A stretch of 64,000 nucleotides of DNA from Gammaproteobacteria bacterium (lineage in GTDB: Bacteria > Pseudomonadota > Gammaproteobacteria > Eutrophobiales > Eutrophobiaceae): contig OZ271833.1 in the NCBI GenBank assembly GCA_965601665.1, forward strand, positions 1,060,451-1,124,450, written 5' to 3'. The notes under the pieces were generated by a model. The model searched no databases. It saw only the letters and a list, made by a program, of their open reading frames with translations, and had not been told where the DNA came from. Shown here in pieces: positions 8,898-19,240 of the stretch (position 1 is its first letter; each line of letters opens with the position of its first letter). The translations under genes and the position numbers were made by a program.

Positions 8898-10982
8898 TTA
8901 CTCGCCGACCGCCTTCATACTAAGTCGAACGCGGCCCTGTCTATCAATTTCCAGTACCTTGACCTGGACCATCTGGCCTTCGCTGAGTTTATCGCTAACG
9001 TTCTCGACACGTTCTTCAGATATCTGGGAAATATGTACAAGCCCATCCTTGCCGGGCAGGATATTTACAAATGCACCAAAATCCATCAGCTTGGCAACGC
9101 GGCCTTCATAGATCTTGCCAACTTCAATATCTGCCGTGATTTGTTCAACACGCTTTAATGCGTCATCACCGGCCGCTTTGTCGACTGCGGCAATCTTGAC
9201 GGTGCCATCATCATCAATATCGATAGTAGCGCCAGTCTCTTCAGTGATGGCGCGTATCGTAGCACCACCTTTACCGATAACATCCCTGATCTTGTCAGGA
9301 TGAATCTTGATAGTAGTAATACGTGGTGCAAATTCAGACAGTTCTTCGTTGTGCCTGGACATGACCTCGTTCATTTTGCCAAGGATATGCATGCGACCCT
9401 CCTGGGCCTGGTGCAATGCGACTTCCATTATTTCCCTGGTAATTCCATCAATCTTGATGTCCATCTGCAGTGCCGTAATGCCTTTATCCGAACCGGCAAC
9501 TTTAAAGTCCATATCGCCGAGGTGGTCCTCGTCACCCATGATGTCTGACAGGACGACGAACTTGTCACCTTCCTTGATAAGACCCATGGCGATACCTGCA
9601 ACAGGCGCATGCAGTTCAACACCGGCATCCATCAAAGCGAGACTGCTACCACAGACTGATGCCATTGAACTTGAACCGTTTGATTCCGTAATCTCTGATA
9701 CAACCCGGATTGAATATGGAAATTCATCCATGTTTGGCATAACGCCAAGAATGCCACGCTTGGCAAGACGACCATGGCCTATCTCGCGCCGTTTCGGCGA
9801 ACCTACACGGCCGGTTTCATTGACACAAAATGGCGGGAAGTTGTAATGGAACATAAAAGGTTCCTTCCGCTCACCCTCGATAGCATCGATAATCTGGGAA
9901 TCGCGCTGGGTACCCAGCGTAGTGACGACCAACGCCTGCGTTTCGCCTCGTGTAAACAGTGCAGAACCATGCGTTCTTGGCAGTACGCCGGTTTCGATGG
10001 TGATGGGACGAACGGTTTTAGGATCGCGACCATCAATTCTGTCTTCACCGGATATTACGCTATGACGCACAATGTGGCTTTCCAGTGCTTCAAAGATTTC
10101 AACAATCTGACCTGCTGTCCATTGGGGTTCATCGCCCTCGGTCAATGCCTCAACGACCTGAGATTTAACCTCACTGACACGCTCCTTGCGTTCCAGCTTG
10201 TCACGAATATTGTATGCCTCGCGCAGTAAATCACTGGCCCGGTTGTTAACCTCGTTTTCCAGTGTTTCGTCCTTTTCCGGGGCCATCCAGTCCCAGGCCT
10301 GGGTGTTGGCATCAGCAGCCAGTGCCTTGATATTGTCAATGACAACCTGGAACTGTTCATGACCGAACATGACGGCACCAAGCATGACTTCTTCAGAAAG
10401 CTGTTTTGCCTCTGACTCGACCATTAACACTGAAGTGGATGTGCCGGCGACAACGAGGTCCAGTTCAGAGTCTTCCAACTCCTTGAAAGAAGGATTAATC
10501 AGGTACTGGCCGTTTTTATAACCGACACGTGCGGCGCCAACAGGACCGTTAAAAGGTACACCCGCCAGGGTAATCGCAGCGGATGCGCCAATAATTGCAG
10601 GCACATCGGGATCAATATCCGGATCCAGCGAAAGCACCGTGGCTATGATTTGCACTTCGTTCTTGAACTCTTTCGGAAAAAGCGGGCGTATTGGACGGTC
10701 AATCAGTCGACTGGTTAATGTTTCCTTCTCTGAAGGTCGTCCTTCCCGTTTGAAAAAACCACCCGGAATTTTGCCTGCGGCATATGTCTTTTCCTGGTAA
10801 TCAACCGTTAGAGGAAAAAAGTCCTGTCCCTCCTTTGCTTCTTTCCTGGCCACGCAGGTCACCAAAACCCGCGTATCGTCCATCCCTACCAGAACAGCAC
10901 CACCTGCCTGACGCGCTATCCTGCCTGTTTCCAGGAAAACATTATGATTACCAAATGTGAATTCTTTTTTTACCACGTTCAT
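8898..10982 (-). CDS. pnp: polynucleotide phosphorylase
   Basis: 694 aa, full-length PNPase with two RNase PH domains, KH and S1. Sits in the classic position after rpsO. Confidence 0.97.
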   Translation of the reverse strand: MNVVKKEFTFGNHNVFLETGRIARQAGGAVLVGMDDTRVLVTCVARKEAKEGQDFFPLTVDYQEKTYAAGKIPGGFFKREGRPSEKETLTSRLIDRPIRPLFPKEFKNEVQIIATVLSLDPDIDPDVPAIIGASAAITLAGVPFNGPVGAARVGYKNGQYLINPSFKELEDSELDLVVAGTSTSVLMVESEAKQLSEEVMLGAVMFGHEQFQVVIDNIKALAADANTQAWDWMAPEKDETLENEVNNRASDLLREAYNIRDKLERKERVSEVKSQVVEALTEGDEPQWTAGQIVEIFEALESHIVRHSVISGEDRIDGRDPKTVRPITIETGVLPRTHGSALFTRGETQALVVTTLGTQRDSQIIDAIEGERKEPFMFHYNFPPFCVNETGRVGSPKRREIGHGRLAKRGILGVMPNMDEFPYSIRVVSEITESNGSSSMASVCGSSLALMDAGVELHAPVAGIAMGLIKEGDKFVVLSDIMGDEDHLGDMDFKVAGSDKGITALQMDIKIDGITREIMEVALHQAQEGRMHILGKMNEVMSRHNEELSEFAPRITTIKIHPDKIRDVIGKGGATIRAITEETGATIDIDDDGTVKIAAVDKAAGDDALKRVEQITADIEVGKIYEGRVAKLMDFGAFVNILPGKDGLVHISQISEERVENVSDKLSEGQMVQVKVLEIDRQGRVRLSMKAVGE

Positions 10983-11030
10983 GGATCTTCCTACCGAGTG
11001 CTTATAAGTGATTTACTATTAAATTTGTGA

Positions 11031-11064
11031 GTTTCAAAAACGCCAAAACCCGCGAGAGCGGGTT
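11031..11064 (-). terminator. rpsO terminator / pnp leader hairpin
   Basis: Minus strand reads AACCCGC-TCTC-GCGGGTT followed by TTGGCGTTTTT, between rpsO and pnp. Confidence 0.55.
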
Positions 11065-11100
11065 ATGTTTTGTGGCTTACACGAAAATAAGACAAAAAAG

Positions 11101-11370
11101 TTATTTGCGCAGACCAAGGCGGCCAATCAAATCGCGATAGCGATTGATGTCTTTGTTCTTAAGATAATCAAGCAGTTTACGACGTTGATTTACCATTCTA
11201 AGAAGGCCCTGTCTGGAATGATGGTCCTTGTTATGTTCCTTGAAATGGCCTGACAGGTCGGTAATACGTGACGTCAACAACGCCACCTGAACTTCAGGTG
11301 AACCGGTATCGTTCGCATCGCGTTGGTAGTCCTTCACTATACCTGCTTTCTGTTCATGACTTAATGCCAT
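11101..11370 (-). CDS. rpsO: 30S ribosomal protein S15
   Basis: [33 protein letters not shown]...; 89 aa counted from the internal ATG at 11370 of the tracked ORF. Confidence 0.95.
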   Translation of the reverse strand: MALSHEQKAGIVKDYQRDANDTGSPEVQVALLTSRITDLSGHFKEHNKDHHSRQGLLRMVNQRRKLLDYLKNKDINRYRDLIGRLGLRK

Positions 11371-11400
11371 ACTGATATTGCTCCTGAACTTTACTAGTCT

Positions 11401-11429
11401 CAAAAATTGGCGCGTATTGTAACCGCGCA
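11401..11429 (-). terminator. possible truB terminator
   Basis: Minus-strand GC hairpin (GCGCG...CGCGC) followed by AATTTTTG. Confidence 0.45.
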
Positions 11430-11485
11430 ATAAGGGTGTAACAAGTGAAACCATTGATTTATTTAACAATTATATAGAATACAAA

Positions 11486-12406
11486 TTAGTTTATATTAAT
11501 CAACCGCTTAGGGGCGACACGCCCGTCACCTTTATGCTCTCCTATACCCAGAAAGGGGCCTTCCTGCTGATAGATCCGCACCAGCCCGGTAGCGGCTAAT
11601 CCATTGGCGTTGACCACCTGACCCTGGCAGAGATAATGCGCCACATCTTTTGTCAGCGTAATTCCAGGCAAATGAGGCAATGACAGATCCATCGGTAACA
11701 AGCAGGCATCCAGCTCGGCTTCACCGGCATCTGCCTTTTCCTGCAGCTGCTCGAGAGTCAGCATTTGCTCCTCGTTAAAGGGTCCGCTTTGCAAACGCCG
11801 TAACATACTGGTGTGAGCCCCACAGCCTATGGCTGCACCAATGTCCTGCACAAGGGTGCGAATATAGGTACCTTTTGAACAATGCACCTTCAGGGTAAAC
11901 TCTGTTGTGGATAATGCCAGCAAGTCCAGCTTGTATATCTCGATCTGCCTTGGCTGACGTTTAACCTCAATTCCCTGGTACGCCAGTTTATAAAGACGCT
12001 GGCCGTTATGCTTCAGCGCTGAAAACATCGGTGGCACCTGTTCAATACAGCCACGAAAACGATCCAGTATCGCGACCAGTTGCTGCTCTGTCAGTTGTGT
12101 TACCGGCTTTTCTTCCAGTATCTCGCCGCTGGCATCGCCGGTAGTGGTGGTCACACCGAGGCTACCTGTGGCGATATAGGTTTTGTCGGCATCCAGTAGA
12201 AAACCAGACACCTTGGTAGCCTCACCAAGGCAAACAGGTAATAAGCCGGTAGCAGGCACATCCAGGCTGCCGGTATGACCAGCCTTGGCTGCATTGAACA
12301 GTCGTTTGACTCTTTGTAATGCCTGGTTGGAACTGATACCAGATGGCTTATCAAGGAGCACGATACCGTCAACCGGGCGAACGCCTTGTTTTCGTTGTCT
12401 TGCCAT
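11486..12406 (-). CDS. truB: tRNA pseudouridine-55 synthase
   Basis: GILLLDKPSGISSN ... GHTGSLD motif. Position after rbfA. Confidence 0.95.
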   Translation of the reverse strand: MARQRKQGVRPVDGIVLLDKPSGISSNQALQRVKRLFNAAKAGHTGSLDVPATGLLPVCLGEATKVSGFLLDADKTYIATGSLGVTTTTGDASGEILEEKPVTQLTEQQLVAILDRFRGCIEQVPPMFSALKHNGQRLYKLAYQGIEVKRQPRQIEIYKLDLLALSTTEFTLKVHCSKGTYIRTLVQDIGAAIGCGAHTSMLRRLQSGPFNEEQMLTLEQLQEKADAGEAELDACLLPMDLSLPHLPGITLTKDVAHYLCQGQVVNANGLAATGLVRIYQQEGPFLGIGEHKGDGRVAPKRLININ

Positions 12407-12408
12407 GG

Positions 12409-12789
12409 CTAGTCTGATTTTGTGTCGTCCTCAACGTCAGTATGAAATGAACTGGAACTGATGATTTCATCCAGGCGCTGCGCCTGGGCAATAGTTTTGT
12501 CGTACATGAACGTCAACGCCGGCACGCCTTTTGAGGTCATTACACGTGACAGGTCATGGCGCAATGAGGCAGACTCATCATTTAGCGCCTGAACCAGTTC
12601 ATCGGGGTTATGCTTGTCGCCAAATGCAGTGAAGTAGATTTTTGCGTTTTTCAGATCAGGACTGACATCCACGTCCGTTACGGTAATCATGCCGTAAGCG
12701 CGTAATGGAAATGCCTTTTGAATGAGTGTTGCCAGTTCCTGTTTGATGAAACCAGCCACTCGCTGGTTGCGGCCAAATTCTCTTGGCAT
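12409..12789 (-). CDS. rbfA: ribosome-binding factor A
   Basis: RbfA-like sequence. The ATG at 12789 (MPREFGRNQRV) lies 1 nt after the infB stop codon. Confidence 0.9.
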   Translation of the reverse strand: MPREFGRNQRVAGFIKQELATLIQKAFPLRAYGMITVTDVDVSPDLKNAKIYFTAFGDKHNPDELVQALNDESASLRHDLSRVMTSKGVPALTFMYDKTIAQAQRLDEIISSSSFHTDVEDDTKSD

Positions 12790-12790
12790 G

Positions 12791-15340
12791 TCACTCGATA
12801 GTGCGTTCCACGCTGATACGTTCAAACACTTCTATCTGATCTCCAACGCGAACATCGTTGTAGTTTTTTACACCGATACCGCAATCCATACCAGATTTAA
12901 CCTCGGCAACATCATCCTTGAAACGCCTTAGCGATTCGAGTTCACCTTCATAGATGACAACGTTGTCTCGCAGCACACGAATCGGGTTGCTGCGCTTGAT
13001 ATAACCCGTTGTGACCATACAGCCGGCAATATCACCAAATTTGGGCGAGCGAAATATGTCCCTGACTTCCGCTACACCAATAATCTGTTCGCGAATTTCC
13101 GGTGACAACAAACCACTGATCGCAGCTTTCACGTCATCAATAACATCATAGATGATGCTGTAATAGCGGAGGTCAATGCCTTCTGCGTCGACCAGTTTCC
13201 TGGCACTGGCGTCAGCACGTACGTTAAAACCAATGACGATACCCGATGAAGCCATGGCCAGGTTTATATCGGATTCAGTAATGCCGCCAACACCGCTACT
13301 GATAATACTGACTTTCACTTCTTCAGAACTCAGTCGTGTCAGCGCATCCACAAGTGCCTCGGAAGAACCCTGAACATCGGCCTTGATCAGCAGGTTTAAG
13401 GCAACAGTTTCACCTTCCTGCATTTGCGACATAACGTTTTCGAGCTTTGCCGCCTGCTGCTGGGCCATCCTGGTTTCGCGATATTTACCCTGTCTGAATA
13501 ATGCAATTTCGCGGGCTTTCTTTTCATCAGGCACAACGATCATTTCATCACCGGCATTAGGTGTACCCGATAAACCCAGTACTTCCACCGGTGTTGAAGG
13601 CCCAGCCTCGGTGACTTCATTGCCAGTGTCATCAACCATCGCGCGTACACGGCCAAACTCATGACCACTGAGCATGACATCGCCTTTCTTCAACTGGCCG
13701 CCTTGCACAAGAATACTGGCAACCGGTCCCCTGCCCTTATCAAGCCTGGATTCAACAACGGTACCTGTCGCGGCGCCTTCTGCAGAGGCAGTCAGTTCCA
13801 GGATTTCAGTGGTTAGCAGGATGCCTTCCAGTAAGTCATCAACACCCTGACCCGTTTTGGCAGAAACATTAACGAACATGGTATCGCCACCCCAGTCCTC
13901 AGGTATGACCTCGTGCTTGGATAACTCCTGTTTGACGCGATCAGGGTCGGCATCTTCTTTATCTATTTTATTGACTGCAATGATAATCGGAACGTCACCA
14001 GCCCTGGCATGTTTGATGGCTTCCTCTGTTTGTGGCATGACACCATCATCTGCTGCTACAACAATGATCACGATATCAGTGACCTTGGCGCCCCTGGCGC
14101 GCATCGCGGTAAAGGCCTCGTGGCCAGGCGTGTCCAGGAATGTAATATCGCCGTTGTCAGTCTTCACACGGTAAGCACCAATGTGCTGGGTAATACCACC
14201 GGCCTCACCCGAGGCCACCTTGGCACGGCGAATGTAATCCAGCAGGGACGTTTTACCATGATCGACGTGGCCCATAATTGTCACGACAGGCGCACGTGTA
14301 ACCTGCTCACCTTCCTGTTGCGCCGCCTGGATCATTTCTTCCTCAAGGGCATTATCTTTCATGAGCCTGGCCTTGTGGCCTATTTCCTCTACGACAATTG
14401 CCGCCGTTTCCTGATCTATAGTCTGGTTAATCGTCACCATCGTACCCAGTCCCATTAATACCTTGACCACTTCAGAGCCCTTGATGGACATTTTTTGTGC
14501 CAGGTCAGAAACGGTGATGCTCTCAGGAATATCAACTTCCTTTACCACCGGGGCGGTCGGCTTTTCAAAGCCGTGCTGCTTGTTGGTTGCGGGCTGTACG
14601 ACCGGTTTGGCCTTGACCTTTTTGCGACGTCGCCCACTTCCTTTGGTGGCCACGTGCAATTCTTCACGTCCGTGACGACGCTCATCCTTGAAAGCACGCT
14701 CCTTATCTTTATCAGCACTGGATTTCTTGTCTACCAGTTGCTCCAATGCGGCCTTGTCTGCAGCAGGTGGTTGTGCTGACTCTGCAATGGGTGCTGACTC
14801 CTCTTTCGCAGTCCCTGTTGACGCTTGTTCGACTTTTGCAGCCACCTCCACGGCAGCCTTTTCCTGTGAATCAAGTTCGGCTTGTTTCTCTGCTTCCGCG
14901 ACCTTGCGGGCTTCCTCTTCAGCCTGTTGTTTAGCTGCTTCTTCGGCCTCACGACTTGCCTGTTCTGCCTGCAGTCGTTTGGCTTCTTCTTCCTGTTCCT
15001 GCTTCAGTGTTTCTGCAACATCGCTGCGTTTGGCATAAGTACGGCGCTTGCGAAATTCGATACTGACGGTCTTGGAACGTGGTTTTGTCCTTCCCTGTCC
15101 GGAAACCGGTACTTTTAACTCGCTGACCGTCTTCCTGCGAAGTGTGATCTTGCGAGGTTCGGCATCGGCGTCTTTGCCGTGTTTTTTACGTAAAAACGCG
15201 AGCAACTTGGTCTTTTCATCATCCGTGATCGTGTCCTGTTCATTCTTTTCTGACAAGCCAGCCTCGACAAGCTGTTCACGAAGTCTGTCTACTGGTACAC
15301 CCACATCGGCGGCAAATTCACTGACTGTAATATCAGGCAT
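12791..15340 (-). CDS. infB: translation initiation factor IF-2
   Basis: 849 aa with a charged N-terminal region, GTPase motifs ([21 protein letters not shown]) and the conserved C-terminus. Confidence 0.97.
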   Translation of the reverse strand: MPDITVSEFAADVGVPVDRLREQLVEAGLSEKNEQDTITDDEKTKLLAFLRKKHGKDADAEPRKITLRRKTVSELKVPVSGQGRTKPRSKTVSIEFRKRRTYAKRSDVAETLKQEQEEEAKRLQAEQASREAEEAAKQQAEEEARKVAEAEKQAELDSQEKAAVEVAAKVEQASTGTAKEESAPIAESAQPPAADKAALEQLVDKKSSADKDKERAFKDERRHGREELHVATKGSGRRRKKVKAKPVVQPATNKQHGFEKPTAPVVKEVDIPESITVSDLAQKMSIKGSEVVKVLMGLGTMVTINQTIDQETAAIVVEEIGHKARLMKDNALEEEMIQAAQQEGEQVTRAPVVTIMGHVDHGKTSLLDYIRRAKVASGEAGGITQHIGAYRVKTDNGDITFLDTPGHEAFTAMRARGAKVTDIVIIVVAADDGVMPQTEEAIKHARAGDVPIIIAVNKIDKEDADPDRVKQELSKHEVIPEDWGGDTMFVNVSAKTGQGVDDLLEGILLTTEILELTASAEGAATGTVVESRLDKGRGPVASILVQGGQLKKGDVMLSGHEFGRVRAMVDDTGNEVTEAGPSTPVEVLGLSGTPNAGDEMIVVPDEKKAREIALFRQGKYRETRMAQQQAAKLENVMSQMQEGETVALNLLIKADVQGSSEALVDALTRLSSEEVKVSIISSGVGGITESDINLAMASSGIVIGFNVRADASARKLVDAEGIDLRYYSIIYDVIDDVKAAISGLLSPEIREQIIGVAEVRDIFRSPKFGDIAGCMVTTGYIKRSNPIRVLRDNVVIYEGELESLRRFKDDVAEVKSGMDCGIGVKNYNDVRVGDQIEVFERISVERTIE

Positions 15341-15355
15341 TGATCCTATCCTTAA

Positions 15356-16888
15356 TTAACTCGTTTGCTCTGCTTCTTCAGCAATTTCTGCTTCTTCAAA
15401 CCAGGGTTTACGCGCCGTCATGATCAACGCACCCGCCCTCTCTGAATCCATACCCGCAATATCCAGTAGCTCGTCTACTGACTGCTCGGCCAGGTCTTCC
15501 ATGGTAATGACGCCCTTACCGGCCAGTTCAAATGCCAGTTCATCATCCATACCTTCCATGCCCAGCAGATCTTCGGCGGGTTTGTTGTCACCCAGTTGTT
15601 CTTCCTTGGCAATAGCGCGGGTAAGCAATAAATCTCTCGCCCTGTCACGTAATGCGGTAACCAGTTCTTCATCAAACTCTTCGATCGCCAGCATTTCCTT
15701 TTCCGGCACATACGCCACTTCTTCAATACTGGAGAAACCTTCCTGCGCCAGAATAAGTGCAATTTCATCATCGACATCAAGCTGTTCCTTGAACATGGCT
15801 TGCAATGTTTCTGATTCAGCTTCACTTTTTTCTTCTGCCTGTTGCACCGACATGACGTTCAGTTCCCAACCTGTCAGTTCACTAGCCAGTTTGACGTTCT
15901 GGCCACCTCGTCCTATGGCCTGCGACAGGTTTTCCTCGGCAACGGCTACGTCCATAACATGTTCATCTTCATCAACCATGATCGACGCCACTTCTGCAGG
16001 CGCCATGGCGTTGATAACAAACTGCGCAGGGTTTTCATCCCAGAGAATGATATCGACACGTTCTCCACCCAGCTCGTTTGAGACCGCCTGAACCCTGGAG
16101 CCGCGCATACCGACACAGGCGCCAATCGGGTCGATCCTGGGGTCATTGGCGTTGACAGCAATCTTGGCGCGCTGGCCCGGGTCACGGGCGCCATTAATGA
16201 TATCGATCATGCCTTCGTTAATTTCAGGCACCTCAATCTTGAACAGTTCAATCAGTAGTTCCGGCGCAGTACGACTAAGAAACAGCTGTGGTCCACGCGT
16301 GACTTCTTCTCTGACCTCTTTCAAAAAGGCTCGGATGCGATCGCCAGGCCGCATCGCTTCTCTGGGGATCAGCTGTTCGCGAGGTATAAATGCCTCGGCG
16401 TTATTACCGAGGTCAATGATGACGCCGCTTCTGTCAGTACGCTTTACGACACCGCTCACCATTTCACCAACACGGTCGGCATATGCATCAACGACCTGGG
16501 CACGTTCTGCTTCCCTGACTTTCTGCACTATTACCTGTTTGGCTGCCTGTGCAGCAATACGACCAAATTCGACTGACGGCATCGGTTCTTCAATAAAGCC
16601 GCCGATTTCAATATCAGCATCCTTTTCCCTGGCATCAGTCAGTTTTATTTGTCGCGTGGGTACAAATTCGAGCAATTCCGGATCTTCTTCATCGACCACT
16701 TCCCATTGGCGAAAGGTTTCATAATCGCCGGTCTCGCGATCAATCTTTACTCGCGCCTCAATATCTTCACGATTACGTTTCTTGGTCGCACTGGCCAAAG
16801 CGGCTTCGATGGCCTCAAAGATAATGTCTTTTGCAACGCCTTTTTCGTTACATACAACATCAACAACCATTAAAATTTCTTTATTCAT
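15356..16888 (-). CDS. nusA: transcription termination/antitermination factor NusA
   Basis: 510 aa with S1/KH domains and an acidic C-terminal repeat region. Position between rimP and infB. Confidence 0.97.
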   Translation of the reverse strand: MNKEILMVVDVVCNEKGVAKDIIFEAIEAALASATKKRNREDIEARVKIDRETGDYETFRQWEVVDEEDPELLEFVPTRQIKLTDAREKDADIEIGGFIEEPMPSVEFGRIAAQAAKQVIVQKVREAERAQVVDAYADRVGEMVSGVVKRTDRSGVIIDLGNNAEAFIPREQLIPREAMRPGDRIRAFLKEVREEVTRGPQLFLSRTAPELLIELFKIEVPEINEGMIDIINGARDPGQRAKIAVNANDPRIDPIGACVGMRGSRVQAVSNELGGERVDIILWDENPAQFVINAMAPAEVASIMVDEDEHVMDVAVAEENLSQAIGRGGQNVKLASELTGWELNVMSVQQAEEKSEAESETLQAMFKEQLDVDDEIALILAQEGFSSIEEVAYVPEKEMLAIEEFDEELVTALRDRARDLLLTRAIAKEEQLGDNKPAEDLLGMEGMDDELAFELAGKGVITMEDLAEQSVDELLDIAGMDSERAGALIMTARKPWFEEAEIAEEAEQTS

Positions 16889-16907
16889 TTGTTATACCGT
16901 CACCATT

Positions 16908-17363
16908 TCAAAAATCCGGAACCAGTCTCGCCTGCTCTATCAGGTTAAAAGGCACGACCAGTTCTTCTTCCTCACAATCAAGTATCACATTGTCATTTTC
17001 GACTGCCAGCAACACACCCACTATGCGACGTCGGTCATTCAATTTAGTGTGCAATTTCAGCTTTACTGTTGCACCTAAAAATCGCTCAAAGTGTCCCAAT
17101 GTAAAAAGCGGCCTGTCTAATCCAGGCGACGAGACTTCCAGTTCATACTTGCCCTCAATCGGGTCTTCTACATCAAGCAATCCGGTTAACTGCTGACTAA
17201 CGAGGACACAGTCGTCAATCGTTATGCCCTCTTCCTTGTCAATGTAGACCCGCAATAACGAACCACCGCCATTACGTCCCATTTCCAGGCCGAGCAACTC
17301 GTAACCCAGGCCTGAAACTTCCGGCTCAAACAAGTCGAATATTGCCTGGTTTTGTCTATGCAT
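16908..17363 (-). CDS. rimP: ribosome maturation factor RimP
   Basis: LEVSSPGLDRPL motif. Start at 17363 (MHRQNQ) is preferred because the upstream extension of the ORF covers a hairpin plus T-run. Confidence 0.88.
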   Translation of the reverse strand: MHRQNQAIFDLFEPEVSGLGYELLGLEMGRNGGGSLLRVYIDKEEGITIDDCVLVSQQLTGLLDVEDPIEGKYELEVSSPGLDRPLFTLGHFERFLGATVKLKLHTKLNDRRRIVGVLLAVENDNVILDCEEEELVVPFNLIEQARLVPDF

Positions 17364-17380
17364 ATGCCGAAAATAAAAAA

Positions 17381-17395
17381 TGGGCGCGAAGCCCA
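17381..17395 (-). terminator. hairpin plus T-run immediately upstream of rimP (possible attenuator)
   Basis: Minus strand reads TGGGC-TTCGC-GCCCA followed by TTTTTTATTTT. Confidence 0.45.
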
Positions 17396-17494
17396 TTTTG
17401 TTAACACCACAAAATTTGCAGTAATTATAGACAGTATTGCTAAAACTGCCAATTTACCCGAACCGCGTTAACACTACTTCCCTGAATACAACAA

Positions 17495-17512
17495 AGCCCC
17501 TGAAGAGGGGCT
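17495..17512 (-). terminator. hairpin downstream of tRNA-fMet (possible partial terminator)
   Basis: Minus strand reads AGCCCCT-CTTC-AGGGGCT followed by TTTGTTGTATT. Confidence 0.5.
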
Positions 17513-17593
17513 TTTCAGAAGACCAGACCAATATTGGTTGCGTCTCCATGTACAGGTCTCATGACAATACTATGACAGTCAACTGTACAAATT

Positions 17594-17670
17594 TGGTAGC
17601 GGGGGCAGGATTTGAACCTGCGACCTTCGGGTTATGAGCCCGACGAGCTGCCAGACTGCTCCACCCCGCA
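17594..17670 (-). tRNA. initiator tRNA-fMet (anticodon CAU)
   Basis: Minus strand reads TGCGGGGTGGAGCAGTCTGGCAGCTCGTCGGGCTCATAACCCGAAGGTCGCAGGTTCAAATCCTGCCCCCGCTACCA. It has three consecutive G:C pairs in the anticodon stem, an unpaired 1:72 position and an encoded CCA. It is near-identical in blocks to E. coli tRNA-fMet and sits at the metY position ahead of rimP-nusA-infB. Confidence 0.93.
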
Positions 17671-17963
17671 ACTGTTCTCTATCTTCACTAACTGGTCGCC
17701 ATGCGACCTTCGGAGCTTTTCGATACAGGGAACCCGACTCTTGTCAGACTGCTCCACCCCGCAACTGTTCTCTATCTTCACTAACTGGTCGCCATGCGAC
17801 CTTCGGAGCTTTTCGATACAGGGAACCCGACTCTTGTCAGAATGCTCCACTCCGCAACTGTTCTCTATCTTCACTAACTGGTCGCCATGCGACCTTCGGA
17901 GCTTTTCGATACAGGGAACCCGACTCTTGTCAGACTGCTCCACCCCGCAACTGTTCTCTATCT
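17652..17963. repeat. tandem 93-bp repeat, 3.35 copies, derived from tRNA-fMet
   Basis: Units at 17652-17744 and 17745-17837 are identical. The unit at 17838-17930 has 2 substitutions. A partial unit at 17931-17963 has 33 nt identical to the unit start. The first 18 nt of unit 1 are the 5' end of the real tRNA. Confidence 0.95.
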
Positions 17964-17988
17964 ATAATCGCGGGACCGTGCGAGTCAA
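17961..17988 (-). promoter_or_regulatory. candidate sigma-70 promoter for the tRNA-fMet leader
   Basis: Minus strand reads TTGACT, a 16-nt spacer, then TATAGA, about 14 nt upstream of the first GCGGGG block. Confidence 0.4.
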
Positions 17989-18084
17989 AAAAGATTAACC
18001 AGGTTAGCCTGCGATTGCGCAGCGCATAGTACAGGTCAAACCGGGCTTTTTCAAGATGAATCAGTGAAGTAGAAACAGTGCTAT

Positions 18085-19164
18085 TCAGATCACGGCAGCA
18101 AGGCGTACAGGCACTCTTTTGGTGCCCCAGTGCCCGGGACTATCGTGAAATTTGCCGTGACAGTGTTGTCCACATTTCAGACACTGACCGCCTGCGCCCA
18201 GGCGCCATTCTTTCAAGGTATACCAGTCTCTGATGATTAATGGATCGCCACAGGCATGACAATAGGTCGTGTCGCCGTCGAGGTCATGTACGTTACCGGT
18301 GTATACATAATAAAGACCGTTGTTAATCGCAATCTGACGAGCCTGTTGCAGCGTAGAGAGTGGCGTATGCTCCGTGTTTCGCATTTTCCAGTCGGGATGA
18401 AATGCTGAAAAATGCAGCGGGATCTCTGGCCCCAGCTCCTTGACTATCCACTGGGTCATCTGCTCGATTTCGTCGTTACTGTCATTTTCTCCCGGAATCA
18501 GCAACGTCGTTATCTCTAGCCAGGTATCAGTCTCGTGCCTGATGTAACAAAGGGTATCCAGTACCGGCGCTAAATGGCTGCCTGTAAGCCGGTAATAAAA
18601 GTCTTCACTGAATGATTTCAGGTCAATATTGACAGCATCGATAACATTGTAGAACTCGGCCCGCGGCTTCGGACACACGTATCCCGCTGATACGGCGACG
18701 GTATTTATGCCGCGTTGCCGGCACGCCTGTGCCACATCAATGGCATATTCGTGGAATATAACGGGGTCATTATAGGTAAAGGCAATACTGTCACAGCCAA
18801 GATTTTCTGCCGTTTTCGCCAACAGTTCAGGGCTGGCACTATCCGCCAACGTATCCATCTCCCGCGACTTACTAATGTCCCAATTCTGACAAAACTTACA
18901 GGCGAGATTGCATCCCGCAGTGCCAAACGACAAAACGGCAGAGCCCGGGTAAAAATGATTCAGTGGTTTTTTTTCAATCGGGTCTATACAAAAACCGCTC
19001 GAGCGTCCGTATGTCGTTAGATATATCTGATCATCATCACATTGCCTGACAAAACACAGACCACGTTGGCCATTATGTAGCTTGCAGGCACGGGGACACA
19101 GATCGCACTGAATTCGCCCGTCATCAAGCCGATGCCAGAATTTAGTTGGAGCAAGCGTTTGCAT
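18085..19164 (-). CDS. AmmeMemoRadiSam system radical SAM enzyme
   Basis: CNLACKFC (CX3CX2C) cluster, extra N- and C-terminal Cys clusters, and PFL-activase-like length. Divergent from the Memo-AMMECR1 gene. The ATG at 19164 is preferred over the TTG at 19188. Confidence 0.82.
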   Translation of the reverse strand: MQTLAPTKFWHRLDDGRIQCDLCPRACKLHNGQRGLCFVRQCDDDQIYLTTYGRSSGFCIDPIEKKPLNHFYPGSAVLSFGTAGCNLACKFCQNWDISKSREMDTLADSASPELLAKTAENLGCDSIAFTYNDPVIFHEYAIDVAQACRQRGINTVAVSAGYVCPKPRAEFYNVIDAVNIDLKSFSEDFYYRLTGSHLAPVLDTLCYIRHETDTWLEITTLLIPGENDSNDEIEQMTQWIVKELGPEIPLHFSAFHPDWKMRNTEHTPLSTLQQARQIAINNGLYYVYTGNVHDLDGDTTYCHACGDPLIIRDWYTLKEWRLGAGGQCLKCGQHCHGKFHDSPGHWGTKRVPVRLAAVI

Positions 19165-19240
19165 CGTCAGGTTACCTTTCTGGTTCAAGTCAGGCTTTAG
19201 TTACTATACTTAATCATGGTTACTAATAGTCTAGTTCAAT

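Noticed and set aside
12722-16091. Many long alternative-frame and antisense ORFs inside infB and nusA, for example 15420-16091 (223 aa) and 14688-15038 (116 aa)
   Set aside because: They are low-complexity S/A/C-rich translations opposite or out of frame with strongly conserved genes, which is typical of shadow ORFs.
17963-17968. Perfect TATAAT hexamer on the plus strand at the end of the repeat array
   Set aside because: There is no acceptable -35 element 16-18 nt upstream on the plus strand, and no plus-strand gene downstream. The minus-strand TTGACT/TATAGA reading fits the tRNA operon better.
17612-18029. Three overlapping ORFs (128, 131 and 103 aa) with internally repeated peptides across the tRNA-adjacent region
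   Set aside because: They arise because the 93-bp repeat is a multiple of three, which keeps several frames open. They overlap a tRNA gene and tRNA-derived sequence, so protein coding is very unlikely.
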